A stretch of 64,000 bases of DNA. It comes from an uncultured Acidobacteriota bacterium. Its GTDB lineage: Bacteria; Acidobacteriota; Vicinamibacteria; Vicinamibacterales; UBA2999. A program made the translations under genes and the position numbers. Below, in pieces: positions 9,273-19,649 of the stretch (positions within the stretch are counted from its first letter, which is position 1; every line of letters starts with the position of its first letter). The stretch is taken from NCBI GenBank assembly GCA_963807405.1, contig CAWEBU010000006.1, forward strand, positions 1,511,733 through 1,575,732. Reading direction: 5' to 3'. The notes under the pieces are model-generated. The model was not told the DNA's origin. It was given only the letters and a program-made list of their open reading frames with translations, and did no database searches.

Positions 9273-9491
9273 GAGCGACGGCAGGCGGTGGCCGCCTGGC
9301 GGCGACTATGAGCCGTCGTCGCTCGGAGATCCGGCACTCGCGCCGAAAGTGCGGGTGACACGGACCCTTGGGGATGGGGGCCCCCAAGAGTGCATTGGAC
9401 GCAGGACAAGCCGCCGGCAGGCGCGAGTGACCGACGCGGCGAATCGGAGCCGCCAGGCGGCCACCGCCTGCCGTCTCTCGTGCCTGTCGTC
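9261..9491. repeat. About 230-bp element bounded by 43-bp near-perfect inverted repeats (MITE-like element or long structured RNA/terminator)
   Basis: The reverse complement of 9261-9303 (gacggcaggcacgagcgacggcaggcggtggccgcctggcggc) matches 9449-9491 at 41/43 positions. Each arm contains its own 7-bp hairpin CAGGCGG-tgg-CCGCCTG. The core has further GC hairpins (cttgggg...ccccaag). I saw no target-site duplication. Confidence 0.6.
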
Positions 9492-9503
9492 ATCACATGG
9501 CCG

Positions 9504-12182
9504 CTACTTCTTCGCCACCAGCTGGCGCAGGACGTAGGGCAGGATGCCGCCGTGGCTGTAGGCCGCCAGCTCCTCCGGCGTGTCGATCCGGCAGATCGCC
9601 TCGAAGGACTTGACGCCGCCGGCCGCCGCCGTGGCCGTCACCGTGACGCGCGCCCGCGCCTTGAGGGCCGCGCCGGCGCCGGTCAGCGCGAACGTCTCGC
9701 GGCCATTGAGGCCGAGCGACGCGGCCGACTCGCCGTCCTGGAACTGCAGCGGCAGCACCCCCATGTTGACCAGGTTGCTGCGGTGGATGCGCTCGTAGCT
9801 CTCGGCGATGACCGCCTTCACGCCGAGCAGCATCGTCCCCTTGGCGGCCCAGTCGCGCGACGAGCCCGAGCCGTACTCCTTGCCCGCCAGCACGATGAGC
9901 GGCACGCCGGCTTCCTGGTACTTCATCGCGGCGTCGTAGATCGACATGATGTCGCCGCCGGGCAGCAGGGCCGTGACGCCGCCCTCGACGCCGGGCACCA
10001 GCTGGTTCTTGATGCGCGTATTGGCGAACGTGCCGCGCATCATCACCTCGTGGTTGCCGCGCCGGGCCCCGTAGGAGTTGAAGTCCTTGGGCGCCACGCC
10101 GTGCTCGACGAGGTACTTGCCGGCCGGGCTGTCGGCCTTGATGTTGCCGGCCGGTGAGATGTGATCGGTGGTGATGCTGTCGCCGAGCAGGGCGAGCACG
10201 CGGGCGCCGCTGATGTCGGTCAGGGGCGCCGGCTGCATCGAGAGGTTCTCGAGGAACGGCGGCCGTCGCACGTAGGTGGAATCCGCCTCCCAGTTGAAGC
10301 GGTCGCCGGTCGGCACCGGCAGGCCGCGCCAGCGCTCGTCGCCCTCGAACACGTGCGCGTACTGCGAGATGAAGGCCTGCGACGTCACGCTGGCGGCCAT
10401 CGCCGCGGCGATCTCGGTGTCGGTCGGCCAGATGTCCTTCAGGTAGACCGGCGTGCCGTCGGTGCCGGTGCCGAGGGGCTCGGTCGTCAGGTCGAGGTTC
10501 ATCGTGCCGGCAATCGCGTAGGCCACGACCAGCGGCGGCGAGGCCAGGTAGTTGGCGCGCACGTCCTGCTGGATGCGGCCCTCGAAGTTGCGGTTGCCGG
10601 ACAGGACCGAGGCCACGACCAGGCCGCGCTCGCGGATCTCGGCCGACACGTCCTCGGGCAGCGGCCCTGAGTTGCCGATGCAGGTCGTGCAGCCGTAGCC
10701 GACCAGGTTGAAGCCGATCTTGTCGAGCCAGGTGTCGAGCCCGGCCGACCGCAGGTACTCGGTGACCACCTTCGACCCGGGGGCGAGCGACGTCTTCACC
10801 CACGGCTTGCGGGTCAGGCCGCGCTCGACCGCCTTCTTCGCCACCAGCCCGGCGCCGATCATCACGCCCGGGTTCGACGTGTTGGTGCAGCTCGTGATGG
10901 CCGCGATGACGACCGACCCGTGTTCGAGCTGGGTGGCGGTCGCCACGGCCGTCCCGCCGCCGGCCGCCACCTTGACGCCCTTCCTGAGCTCGTCGAGCGA
11001 GCCGGCAAACGACGTCTTGGCGTCGCTGAGCGGCACGCGGTCCTGCGGACGGCGCGGACCGGCCAGGCTCGGCACGATGGTCGCGAGATCGAGCTCGAGC
11101 CCTTCGGAGTAGATGGCGTCCGGCGTCGACTCGGTGCGGAAGAGGCCCTGCGCCTTCGCGTAGGCCTCGACGAGTGCCACCTGATCGGCGGAACGGCCCG
11201 TGAGGCGGAGATAGTCGAGCGTCAGCTCGTCGATCGGGAAGATCGCCACCGTGGCGCCGTACTCCGGGCACATGTTGCCGAGCGTGACGCGGTCGGCGAT
11301 GGTGAGATGGCCGAGGCCGGGGCCGTAGAACTCGACGAACTTGCCGACCACCTTGTGCTTGCGCAGCGCCTCGGTGATCGTGAGCACCAGATCCGTCGCC
11401 GTGGCGCCCTCGGGCAGCTGGCCGGTGAGCCGGCAGCCGACCACCGGCGGAATCAGCATCGAGCTCGGCTGGCCGAGCATCGCCGCCTCGGCTTCGATGC
11501 CGCCCACGCCCCAGCCGACGACGCCGAGCCCGTTGACCATCGTCGTGTGCGAGTCGGTGCCGAAGCAGGTGTCCGGATAGAGCACGCCGCCTTCGTTGCA
11601 GACGACGCGCGCGAGGTACTCGATGTTCACCTGGTGGACGATGCCGGTCTCGGGCGGCACCACGCGGAAGTTCTCGAAGGCGTTCTGCCCCCAGCGCAGG
11701 AACACATAGCGCTCGCGGTTGCGCTGGTACTCGAGCTCGGCGTTCAGACCAACGGCATTCGCGGTGCCGAAGTGGTCGACCTGCACCGAGTGGTCGATGA
11801 CCAGCTCCACCGGCTGCAGCGGATTGACGCGGGCCGGGTCGCCGCCCGAGGGCGGCGATGCCGTCGCGCATGGCGGCCAGATCGACGACGCAGGGCACGC
11901 CGGTGAAGTCCTGCAGGATCACGCGCGCCGGCATGAACGAGATCTCCTTGTCGGCGTTGACCGCCGCCGGGTTCCAGCCGGCCAGGGCGCGGATGTCGTC
12001 GGCCTTCACGAAGGCGCTCGTCCTCGCGGCGCAGCAGGTTCTCGAGCAGGATCTTCAGCGAGAACGGCAGGCGCTCCACCGAGGGGAAGGCGCCGGCCAG
12101 CGCGGGCAGGCTGAAGTAGTCGTACGGACTGGTCCGCAAGACGCAGGGACATCCGGGTGCTGAACGAGTTGTGGCTGGACAT
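9504..12182 (-). pseudogene. acnA: Aconitate hydratase AcnA, frame interrupted by three single-base insertions in the first ~340 nt (gene probably functional, insertions likely consensus errors)
   Basis: The body ORF 9504..11810 is unmistakable aconitase ([44 protein letters not shown]). The N-terminus is readable only by changing frame. MSSHNSFSTRMSLRLADQS runs from ATG 12182. It is followed by [37 protein letters not shown], then [56 protein letters not shown], then [19 protein letters not shown]. Confidence 0.9.
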
Positions 12183-12376
12183 GATCCCGGGAATTCTAAC
12201 AGGTGGCGCCGCGCCTGCGGTCGCCAACGGGCAGCGAGCGTCCGCGGCCGGACACCGCGCCGCCACCGGCTGCCGTGGCGGCGCCGCCGCTGCCGGTGTT
12301 TGCGGCGGGATCTCGCCGCGCCGGATGGCCACGCCGCGCCGCCGCCGCTGGCACGGAATTGGTAAGCACGCAGGGC

Positions 12377-14813
12377 ATGCGCGACGTCCTGCTCGGGTTC
12401 CGCACCCTCGGCCGCCGTCCTGGCCTGGCCGCCGCGGCGATCGCCTCGATCGCTCTCGGCATCGGGGCCTCGACCGCCATCTTACGGCGTGGTGCGGCAC
12501 GTTCTGCTCACGCCTCTGCCCTACGCGGCGCCGGAACGCCTGGTCATGCTGTGGGAGACCGCGCCCGACAACCCGGCCCGCTGGGTGGCTCCAGCCAACT
12601 ACCTCGACTGGCGGCGCGACCTGGCGCCGGACGTCGAGTCGATGGCCGCCTTCGACAGCGTCTCGCTCACCCTCACGGGCGCCGGCGAGCCCGAGCGCCT
12701 GCGCGGCGTGTCGGCCTCGGGCACCTTCTTCGCGACGCTCGGGCAGCCGGTGGCCGAGGGGCGCGCGCTCGTGCCCGACGACGATGCTCCCGGCGCGCCG
12801 TGCGTGGCGGTGCTGAGCGCCGGCCTGCGCGCCCGTCGCTTCCCCGGCGCCGTGCTCGGCCTGCCGCTCGTCCTCGACGGACAGCCCTGCACCGTCGTCG
12901 GCGTGCTGCCCGACGCCTTCCGCTTCCCCCTGCAACCGCGCGCCGAGATCTGGACCAGCGGCGATCGCGGCGTGCCGCGATCGTTCCCCTTCCCCGGCGA
13001 CATCACCACCGTCCGCGACGCGCACCTGCTGTTCGTCATCGCCCGCCTCAAGGACGGCGTCGCGCACGAAACCGCCGAAGCCCGGCTGCAGACCGTGGCG
13101 ACACAGCTCGCCGACGCCTATCCGGACACCAACAGCGGCCTCGGGGCGCGCGTGATGTCCCTGCACGAGGCCGTGGTCGGCGATGTGCGCGGCGTGCTGT
13201 GGCTGCTGCAGGCCGGCGTGCTCGTCCTGCTGCTCGTGGCGGCCGCCAATGTCGCGCACCTGCTCATCGGCCGGGCGGCGAGCCGCCGGCACGAACTCGC
13301 CGTGCGGGTGTCGCTCGGCGCCGGCCGGCGCCATCTCACCCACCAGATGCTCGGCGAGGCTCTCGCCTTCGCCTTGCCCGGCGGAGTGCTCGGGGTGCTG
13401 CTGGCGGCCTGGGGTGTCGACCTGCTGGTGGCGCTGGCCCCAGCCGGGCTGCCGCGGGTGCAGGAGATCGTCCTCGATGGCGGCGTGCTCGCCGCCGCCG
13501 CCGCGCTCACGCTGATGACGACGCTGGTGGTCGCGCTGGCGCCGCTGGCCGGCGCCGGCCTGCCGCCGGCCGCGGCGCTGCAGTCGGGAGGGGTGAGGCT
13601 CGTCGGCCGCGGTGGCGAGCGGCGCTGGCACCGCGGACTGGTGGTGGCGGAACTGGCGCTGGCGCAGGTCGTCGTCGTGGGCGCGTGGTTGCTCGCGACG
13701 AGTCTGGCGGCCGCCACCAACGTCGAACTCGGCTACGACACCGAGCGCCGGGTGGCCGCCGAACTGACCCTGGCGCCCGACCGCTACTCGCAGCCCGCTG
13801 ACGGCCAGGCGGGGGCGGCACCGATTGCCCGCTTCGTCGGCGCCGTACTCGACGACGTCGGCCGCGCTCCGGGCGTCAGAGCGGCGTCGGCTGCCTTCAC
13901 CGCGCCGCTGTCCGGCGCGCCCAATCGCGGCGTGCGTATCGTCGGCCATCCCGAGCCGGCCAGGGGCCAGGAGCCGGACGCGGACTTCCAGGTGGTCACG
14001 CCCGGCTTCTTCGAGACGCTCGGCATCAGGCTCAGCACCGGACGCTTCCTCGCCAGCACCGACGCTGAGGGCGCGCCCGACGTCGTGGTCGTCAACGAGG
14101 CCTTCGCGGCGCGTCATTTCCCCGGGACCACGGCACTCGGCCGCATCATCGAGTTCGGGCGGGCCCGCCACGAGATCGTCGGCGTCGTCGCCGACACGCG
14201 CTACCGGCGCGTGGAAACCCCGCCCTACCCCACCTTCTACGTGCCGCTGGCCCAGAGCGACGAGGCGTGGCCGTTCCTGGCCTTCATCGTCTGGGCCGAC
14301 GCGGACCCGGCGGTGGTGACGGCCGCACTGCGCGCGGCGGTCAGCCGGGTCGATCCGGCGCAGCCGATCTCCTCGGTGCGCACACTCGAGGCGACCGTCT
14401 CCGACGCCCTGGCGGGGCGGCGCTTCAACGCCGCGCTGTTCACGCTGTTCGCACTCGTCACGATGGTGCTGGCCGTGGTCGGCGCCTACGGCGTGACGGC
14501 GGCGCTCACCGCGGCGCGGGCGCGCGAGTTCAGCATCCGCGCCGCCCTCGGCGCGTCTGGCGGACGGCTGCGGGCGACCATCGTGGCGGATGCCGCCCTC
14601 CTGGCTCTCGTGGCATCGGCCGCCGGCCTCGCCATCGCCTGGCTTGGCGGCCGCGCCCTCGACGGGCTGCTCTTCGGCGTGACCGCACGCGATCCCTGGC
14701 TGCTGACCGCGGCGGCGGTGACCGTCACGGTGGCGGCACTGGCCGCCGCCGGCCCCTCCGCCTGGCGCGCCGGTCGCACGACGCCGATGGACGCGCTGCG
14801 CCTCGACGGGTGA
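12377..14813 (+). pseudogene. ADOP-family / MacB-like duplicated FtsX permease (orphan, no adjacent ATPase), one extra base at 12482-12483
   Basis: ATG 12377 gives MRDVLLGFRTLGRRPGLAAAAIASIALGIGASTAI. The frame then shifts by +1 into ORF 12489..14813 (GVVRHVLLTPLPYAAPERLVMLWE...). It has two FtsX-type 4-TM modules with large periplasmic loops. Confidence 0.8.
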
Positions 14814-14851
14814 AGCGGCCCTCCGTGGTCGCGTGACGCCAGGAGGACGGC

Positions 14852-15781
14852 CTACGGCCCGCCCTTCTTGAGCAGCTGTGGCGACACCCGGGCGCCGAGG
14901 CTGGTCGCGCCGGCCACCTGCGTGAAGTAGCCATAGGCGGCGGCCGACACCTGCTCCACCACGTCGGCCGCGGTGGCGTCGCCGTAGGTCACCATCACCG
15001 ACATCGCGTAGGGCGCGCCGTCCACTTTCACGATCGCCCACGCCGTGCTCACGCCGCTCAGCGACCCCGGCTTCCACGCCACCGCGACCGACGGCGGAAT
15101 GGGCGCGCGGAACGCGCCGCCCTTGGGCAGTTCCAGCAGGCGCGTCACCTCGGCGCACGACGCCGCGGTGAGCGGCACGTCACACCGCCACAGGCGCGCC
15201 ATCAGATCGGCGGCCTCGCGCGGCGTCGAGATGTTCTCGCGCCCGGCCGCCTGGTCTTCCGGCCGGATCATCTTGCGCTCGAAGCGCGTGCTCGACAGGC
15301 CGAGAGCCGCCATCGTCGCGTTGACCTTCGCGAGCCCTACGGCGTCGATGAGCATGTTGGTGGCGGTGTTGTCCGACAGCACGACCATCGGGACGGTCAG
15401 GTCGTGCAGCGACAGCGCCGACCCGCCGTCCGAGAAGTACTGCAGCAGGCTGCTGCCGCCCGTACGGTCGGCGGCCGTGAGCGTCACGCGGTCGGTGAGG
15501 GCCAGCTCCCCGGCGTCGGCGCGGCGAAACAGCTCGAGGAGCAGCGGGATCTTGATGGCACTGCCCTGCGGGAAGACCGTCGCACCGTTGACGTCCCAGC
15601 GCCGGCCGTTCGTGAGATCGACGACGCTCACGCCGACCACGCCGGTACTGGTCGCCGCCAGACGCTCGAGCGTCTGCTGGAACTTGGCCGCGAGCTGGTC
15701 GGCCAGTGATGGCTGCGCCCCGGCGGCAGCGGGTGCCAGCACACCAACGACGGCCATCACCCAGGCGAGACGACCCCTCAT
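14852..15781 (-). CDS. Class A beta-lactamase-related serine hydrolase (secreted)
   Basis: SxxK motif (GSAIKIP), SDN motif (LSDNTATN) and the KTG-equivalent KPGS. The likely start is MRGRLAWVMAVVGVLAPAAAGA at 15781, forming an ATGA overlap with the stop of the upstream M20 gene. Confidence 0.7.
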   Translation of the reverse strand: MRGRLAWVMAVVGVLAPAAAGAQPSLADQLAAKFQQTLERLAATSTGVVGVSVVDLTNGRRWDVNGATVFPQGSAIKIPLLLELFRRADAGELALTDRVTLTAADRTGGSSLLQYFSDGGSALSLHDLTVPMVVLSDNTATNMLIDAVGLAKVNATMAALGLSSTRFERKMIRPEDQAAGRENISTPREAADLMARLWRCDVPLTAASCAEVTRLLELPKGGAFRAPIPPSVAVAWKPGSLSGVSTAWAIVKVDGAPYAMSVMVTYGDATAADVVEQVSAAAYGYFTQVAGATSLGARVSPQLLKKGGP

Positions 15782-17280
15782 CGCGGCATCGTCATCAAGG
15801 CGGCCAGCATCTCGATGCCCTCCCACAGGTTCTGGAGCCGCAGATTCTCGTCGGGCCCGTGCTGGTTGTTGTCGAAGTTGACGATCGAGACGCCCACGGT
15901 CGGCATCGCGTACTGGTCGCTGAAGGTGCCGAACGGCAGGCCGCCGCCGAGCGTCGGCAGCTGCACCGGCGGTACGCCGCCCATGGTCAGCGCCCGGACC
16001 ACGGCCTGGGCTTTCGGATCGTCCATCGAGACACGCGAGGCCGCCGAGCCGCGTCGCGCGTCTACGCGCGCGATCAGGCGCTCGCGGCGGCGCTCCTCGT
16101 CGGTCGGCTCGCGGCCGCTGACGATGAAGTAGCCCTGCGCGCGGATGTGCTCCGTGATGAGCGCGTTCTGCGTCTCTGGCACGAGGTCCTTGACCATCCG
16201 CACCTCGATGCGCGCGCTGGCCGAGCCGGGAATGGCCGACCGGCCGGCAATGCCGCTGGTCGACATCTCGAGGATGCTGAGCGTGGGCTGGTTCAGCTTC
16301 ACCTCGAGCCGCTCGTCGGGCCGCTCGGGAACAGCCACGCCGAAGTCGCGCGCCAGCACGGCCTCGACGTCGGGGGCAGCGGCCAGCGCCTGACGTTCGG
16401 TGGCGGTGAGCGGCCGGACGTCGCGGTAGAAGTCCTTGATGAGGACGCGGCCGGCGTCGTCCTTCATGGTCGCCAGCAGCTTCGCCAGGCGCATCGCCGG
16501 GTCCGGCGCCCAGTTGCCGTAGTTGCCCGAGTGCAGATCGCTTCTGGCGCCGTAGACCGTGACGGTCACGCCAGCGCCGCCGCGCACGCCGAAGTAGACG
16601 GTGGGCCGGCCGCTCGGGTGGCGCGGCCCGTCGAGCGTGATGGCGAGATCGGTCTTGAGGGCGCCGGCGCGCGCGGTCGCGAAGCGGCGGAAGTTCGCCG
16701 ACCCGGCCTCCTCCTCACCGTCGAGGACCACCCGCAGATTCCACCGCGGGCCGCTGCCGGTCGCCCGCACGGCATCGACGGCGTTCAGGAGAGCCACGAT
16801 CGGCCCCTTGTCGTCGGAGGCCGAGCGCCCGTAGAGCCGCCACTCGGGATCGAACGTGGTGCGGGCCGGATCCTCGGCCACCGGGCCGCTCGCGCTCCAC
16901 AGGCAGGGCGTGAACGGCTGGCAGCGCGTCCACTCGGACGGATCCACCGGCTGGCCGTCGTAGTGGATGTAGAAGGTGAGCGTGCCGGCCGCGTCCGGCA
17001 CATCGAGGGTGGCAAAGACGACCGGCGAGCCCGGACCGCTGACGGTCTCCACCTTGAACTGGCGGGCGGTGAAGAGCGTCTGCAGGTGGGCCGCGTTCTT
17101 CTGCATGTCGGCGTCGTTGCCGGCGACGTTCGGCAGCGCGACCAGCGTCCGCAGTTCGTCGACGATGGCGCGCTCGTGGGCGCGCCGCCACTCGGTGATG
17201 GCCGGCGGCTGGGCCGCCGCGAACGTCGCGCCGAAGGTCAGCGCCAGCGCCGTCGCGGCGCCGAAGTCTCTCACGTGCAT
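15778..17280 (-). CDS. M20/M25/M40 family metallopeptidase (secreted dipeptidase-like)
   Basis: Internal ATG 17280 (MHVRDFGAATALALTFGATFAAAQ, a signal peptide) within ORF 15778..17925. It carries the M20 motif YGRSASDDKGPIVA and a dimerisation-domain-sized insert. Confidence 0.8.
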   Translation of the reverse strand: MHVRDFGAATALALTFGATFAAAQPPAITEWRRAHERAIVDELRTLVALPNVAGNDADMQKNAAHLQTLFTARQFKVETVSGPGSPVVFATLDVPDAAGTLTFYIHYDGQPVDPSEWTRCQPFTPCLWSASGPVAEDPARTTFDPEWRLYGRSASDDKGPIVALLNAVDAVRATGSGPRWNLRVVLDGEEEAGSANFRRFATARAGALKTDLAITLDGPRHPSGRPTVYFGVRGGAGVTVTVYGARSDLHSGNYGNWAPDPAMRLAKLLATMKDDAGRVLIKDFYRDVRPLTATERQALAAAPDVEAVLARDFGVAVPERPDERLEVKLNQPTLSILEMSTSGIAGRSAIPGSASARIEVRMVKDLVPETQNALITEHIRAQGYFIVSGREPTDEERRRERLIARVDARRGSAASRVSMDDPKAQAVVRALTMGGVPPVQLPTLGGGLPFGTFSDQYAMPTVGVSIVNFDNNQHGPDENLRLQNLWEGIEMLAALMTMPR

Positions 17281-17312
17281 GCCTGCCTCCCCGCCGTCGC
17301 CGGCGCCGTATC

Positions 17313-18902
17313 CTACCTCGCGAGTCCCGCCGGTGTGAGCCAGCCCTGCGCGCGGGCCAGCACCAGGTCGACGATGAGCGCCAGCAGCGCCGCCGGCACC
17401 GCGCCGGACAGGATCATGCGGGTGTCGGCCAGCGCCAGGCCGGCCACGATGGGATCGCCGAGTCCGCCTCCGCCGACGAAGGCGGCCAGCGTCGCGGTGC
17501 CGACGTTGGTCACGGCGGCCGTGCGCACGCCGGCCATGATCACCGGCACGGCCAGCGGCACCTGCACCCACAGCAGCACCTGGCGGGCTGTCATGCCGAG
17601 CGCCACGGCGGCCGCCACGGCGCCTGGGTCGGCTTGCCGCACGCCCGTCACCGTGCCGCGCACGATCGGGTAGAGCGAGTAGAGAAACAGCGCGGCGATC
17701 GCCGGCAGGACGCCGATCCCCAGCACCGGCAGCATGAACGCGAGCAGCGCGATGCCGGGCACCGTCTGCAGCAGGCCGACGCCGCGCGTCGCCACCTCGG
17801 CCGCGCGCCGGCGGGCCAATAGCAGACCCAGGCCGACCCCGACGACGATGGCGGCGGCGAGCGACACGCCGGCGAGCCACAGGTGGCGGAGGCTCATGCC
17901 GGCGATGGCCTGGCGCCGCGCCCACAGGTAGCCGAGAAACGACGCGGTGGGGCGATCCGCCGCGGCCGTCGCGGATGCGGCAGCCGAATCGCGCGCGCCG
18001 ACCAGCCCGAGATCGACGAGCGCGGCGGCGGCCACGTCGGCGGCGGGCCGGCCTTCCACTTCCACTTGCGCATTCATCCGGCGCATGCGCGTGACGTCGA
18101 TGCGGCCGCTCAGCTCGGCCAGCGCCGCCACCACCGCCGGCCGCTCGCGCGCCACCGCGCCACGCACCACCGCCGCGGCGTCGTAGGGCGGGAACAGGTC
18201 GCGGTCGTCGACGAGCACGGTGAGCGGATAGCGGTCGAGCAGACCGTCGGTCGAGTAGGCATCGATGATGTCGACGTCGCCGGCCACCAGCGCCTGGTAC
18301 TTGATGGCGGGCGCCAGGGCGCTGACGCGCGCGGGCGACAGCCCGTAGACCTCGCGCAAGGCAGGCAGCCCGTCCGGCAGGCCGATGAAGTCCGCCGTGA
18401 AGCCGGCGCGGAGCTGGCTGCTGACCCGCGCCGCATCGCTCAGCGTCTTCAGCCCCAGGCGCGTCGCCATCTCGGTGCGGACCGACATCGCGTAGGTGTT
18501 CTCGAAGCCCAGAGGCGCGAGCCAGCGCACGTCGTAGCGGGCGGCGAACTCACGCGACACGGTATCGAACACCTGTGCGGGATCACTCGCCGACGGCGCC
18601 TTCAAGATGACGAGCAGGCCCGAGCCCGTGTACTCGGGAAAGACGTCGATGGCGCCCTGCCGCAGGGCCGGGAAGATGATCTCGGTGCCGCCGAGGCCGA
18701 AGCGGCGGCTGACCGTGAGGCCGCGGGCCTCGAGGATCTGCGCGAACAGTTCGGCCAGCAGGTACGACTCACCGAAGGGCTTCGATCCCACCACCACCGG
18801 CGGTCCGCCGGCCGGCGCCTGCGCGCGTGCTGGCGGCATCACCGCCAGCAGACAGGCGCAAGCCGCCGCCAGCGTCACGACCCGGCGCACGCCCCGGCTC
18901 AC
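17313..18902 (-). CDS. ABC transporter, fused substrate-binding (glycine betaine/choline-type) and permease protein
   Basis: 529 aa. A signal peptide is followed by an OpuBC/ProX-like domain (KPFGESYLLAELFAQILE...FPEYTGSGL) and then a 5-6 TM BPD-type permease domain. Confidence 0.8.
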   Translation of the reverse strand: MSRGVRRVVTLAAACACLLAVMPPARAQAPAGGPPVVVGSKPFGESYLLAELFAQILEARGLTVSRRFGLGGTEIIFPALRQGAIDVFPEYTGSGLLVILKAPSASDPAQVFDTVSREFAARYDVRWLAPLGFENTYAMSVRTEMATRLGLKTLSDAARVSSQLRAGFTADFIGLPDGLPALREVYGLSPARVSALAPAIKYQALVAGDVDIIDAYSTDGLLDRYPLTVLVDDRDLFPPYDAAAVVRGAVARERPAVVAALAELSGRIDVTRMRRMNAQVEVEGRPAADVAAAALVDLGLVGARDSAAASATAAADRPTASFLGYLWARRQAIAGMSLRHLWLAGVSLAAAIVVGVGLGLLLARRRAAEVATRGVGLLQTVPGIALLAFMLPVLGIGVLPAIAALFLYSLYPIVRGTVTGVRQADPGAVAAAVALGMTARQVLLWVQVPLAVPVIMAGVRTAAVTNVGTATLAAFVGGGGLGDPIVAGLALADTRMILSGAVPAALLALIVDLVLARAQGWLTPAGLAR

Positions 18903-19648
18903 GCCGACGCTCCGGCCAGGCGCGCCCGCGCCAGCAGCTCGGCCACGTAGTCGGTGGCCGGCGCCGTCGTGAGCGCCTGCGGGGTGCTCGTCTGCTCGAG
19001 CCGGCCCCGGCGGATGACGGCGATGCGGTCGGCCAGCAGGGACGCCTCGTACAGATCGTGCGTCACGAGCAGCGCCGCCGTACGGGTGCGCCGGCGCAGC
19101 GCCAGGAACAGCTCCTGCAGTTCGCTGCGCGAGATGGCATCGAGGGCGCCGAACGGCTCATCGAGCAGCACGATGCGCGGGCTGTCGGCCAGCGCCCGCG
19201 CGAACGCCACGCGTTGCCGCTGCCCGCCCGAGAGCTGATGCGGCCAGCGCGCCCCGAACTGCGCCACCGGCAGCCCGACCAGTTCGAGCGCGGCCGCCGC
19301 CAGGGCGGCCGGATCGGAGCGGCCGGCCAGCCGCGGCACGAGCGCGGCATTGGCCGCCACCGTCCAGTGCGGCAGCAGGCCGCCGTCCTGCGGGACATAG
19401 CCCATGCCTCGCCGCAACAGGACGGGATCGAGCGTCCGCAGTTCCCGCCCGTCGACGAAGGCCTCTCCGGCATCGAGCGCCGTCAGGCCGTTGAAGACGC
19501 GCAGCAGCGTGCTCTTGCCCGAGCCGCTCTCGCCGACGAGCGCCACGCACTCGCCGGGCGCCACCTCGAGCGAGACGTCGTCGAGCGCCACCACGCCGCC
19601 GTAGTGCTTGGTGGCGCCGACGGCCCGCAGCGCGGCTTCACTCATCAC
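18899..19648 (-). CDS. ABC transporter ATP-binding protein (partner of 17313..18902)
   Basis: Walker A GESGSGKST, signature LSGGQRQR, Walker B LLDEPF. It has a 4-nt overlap with the downstream permease gene and no CBS domains. Confidence 0.85.
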   Translation of the reverse strand: MMSEAALRAVGATKHYGGVVALDDVSLEVAPGECVALVGESGSGKSTLLRVFNGLTALDAGEAFVDGRELRTLDPVLLRRGMGYVPQDGGLLPHWTVAANAALVPRLAGRSDPAALAAAALELVGLPVAQFGARWPHQLSGGQRQRVAFARALADSPRIVLLDEPFGALDAISRSELQELFLALRRRTRTAALLVTHDLYEASLLADRIAVIRRGRLEQTSTPQALTTAPATDYVAELLARARLAGASA

Positions 19649-19649
19649 G

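Noticed and set aside
9139-9537. ORFs 9139..9537 (+) and 9242..9496 (-) inside the inverted-repeat element as possible small proteins
   Set aside because: Both encode the same RRWPPGG-containing peptide because they read the two arms of the inverted repeat. That symmetry artefact, together with the Arg/Pro-rich composition, argues against coding.
12183-12196. GATCCCGGGAATTC (SmaI and EcoRI sites back to back), reminiscent of a cloning polylinker
   Set aside because: It does not match any polylinker order I know. It overlaps the acnA start codon (ATG 12182-12180) and the region immediately upstream of it, in apparently native sequence. It is most likely coincidence.
12349-12364. Sigma-54-like box TGGCACGGAATTGGTA upstream of the permease gene
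   Set aside because: The -24 half matches, but the -12 element reads TGGT instead of TTGC (the GC dinucleotide is missing). It also sits only 13 nt from the ATG, and there is no enhancer-binding-protein gene nearby.
12006-15158. 1050-aa minus-strand ORF, and similar giants at 37632..41024, 15706..17673, 21704..23248, 23139..24896, 24716..26155 and 9390..12009
   Set aside because: All lie antisense to, or out of frame with, well-supported genes (ADOP permease, RND pump, M20, lpxB, M16 pair, acnA). They are dominated by Arg/Gly/His/Pro runs and are the usual stop-codon-poor shadow frames of very GC-rich DNA.
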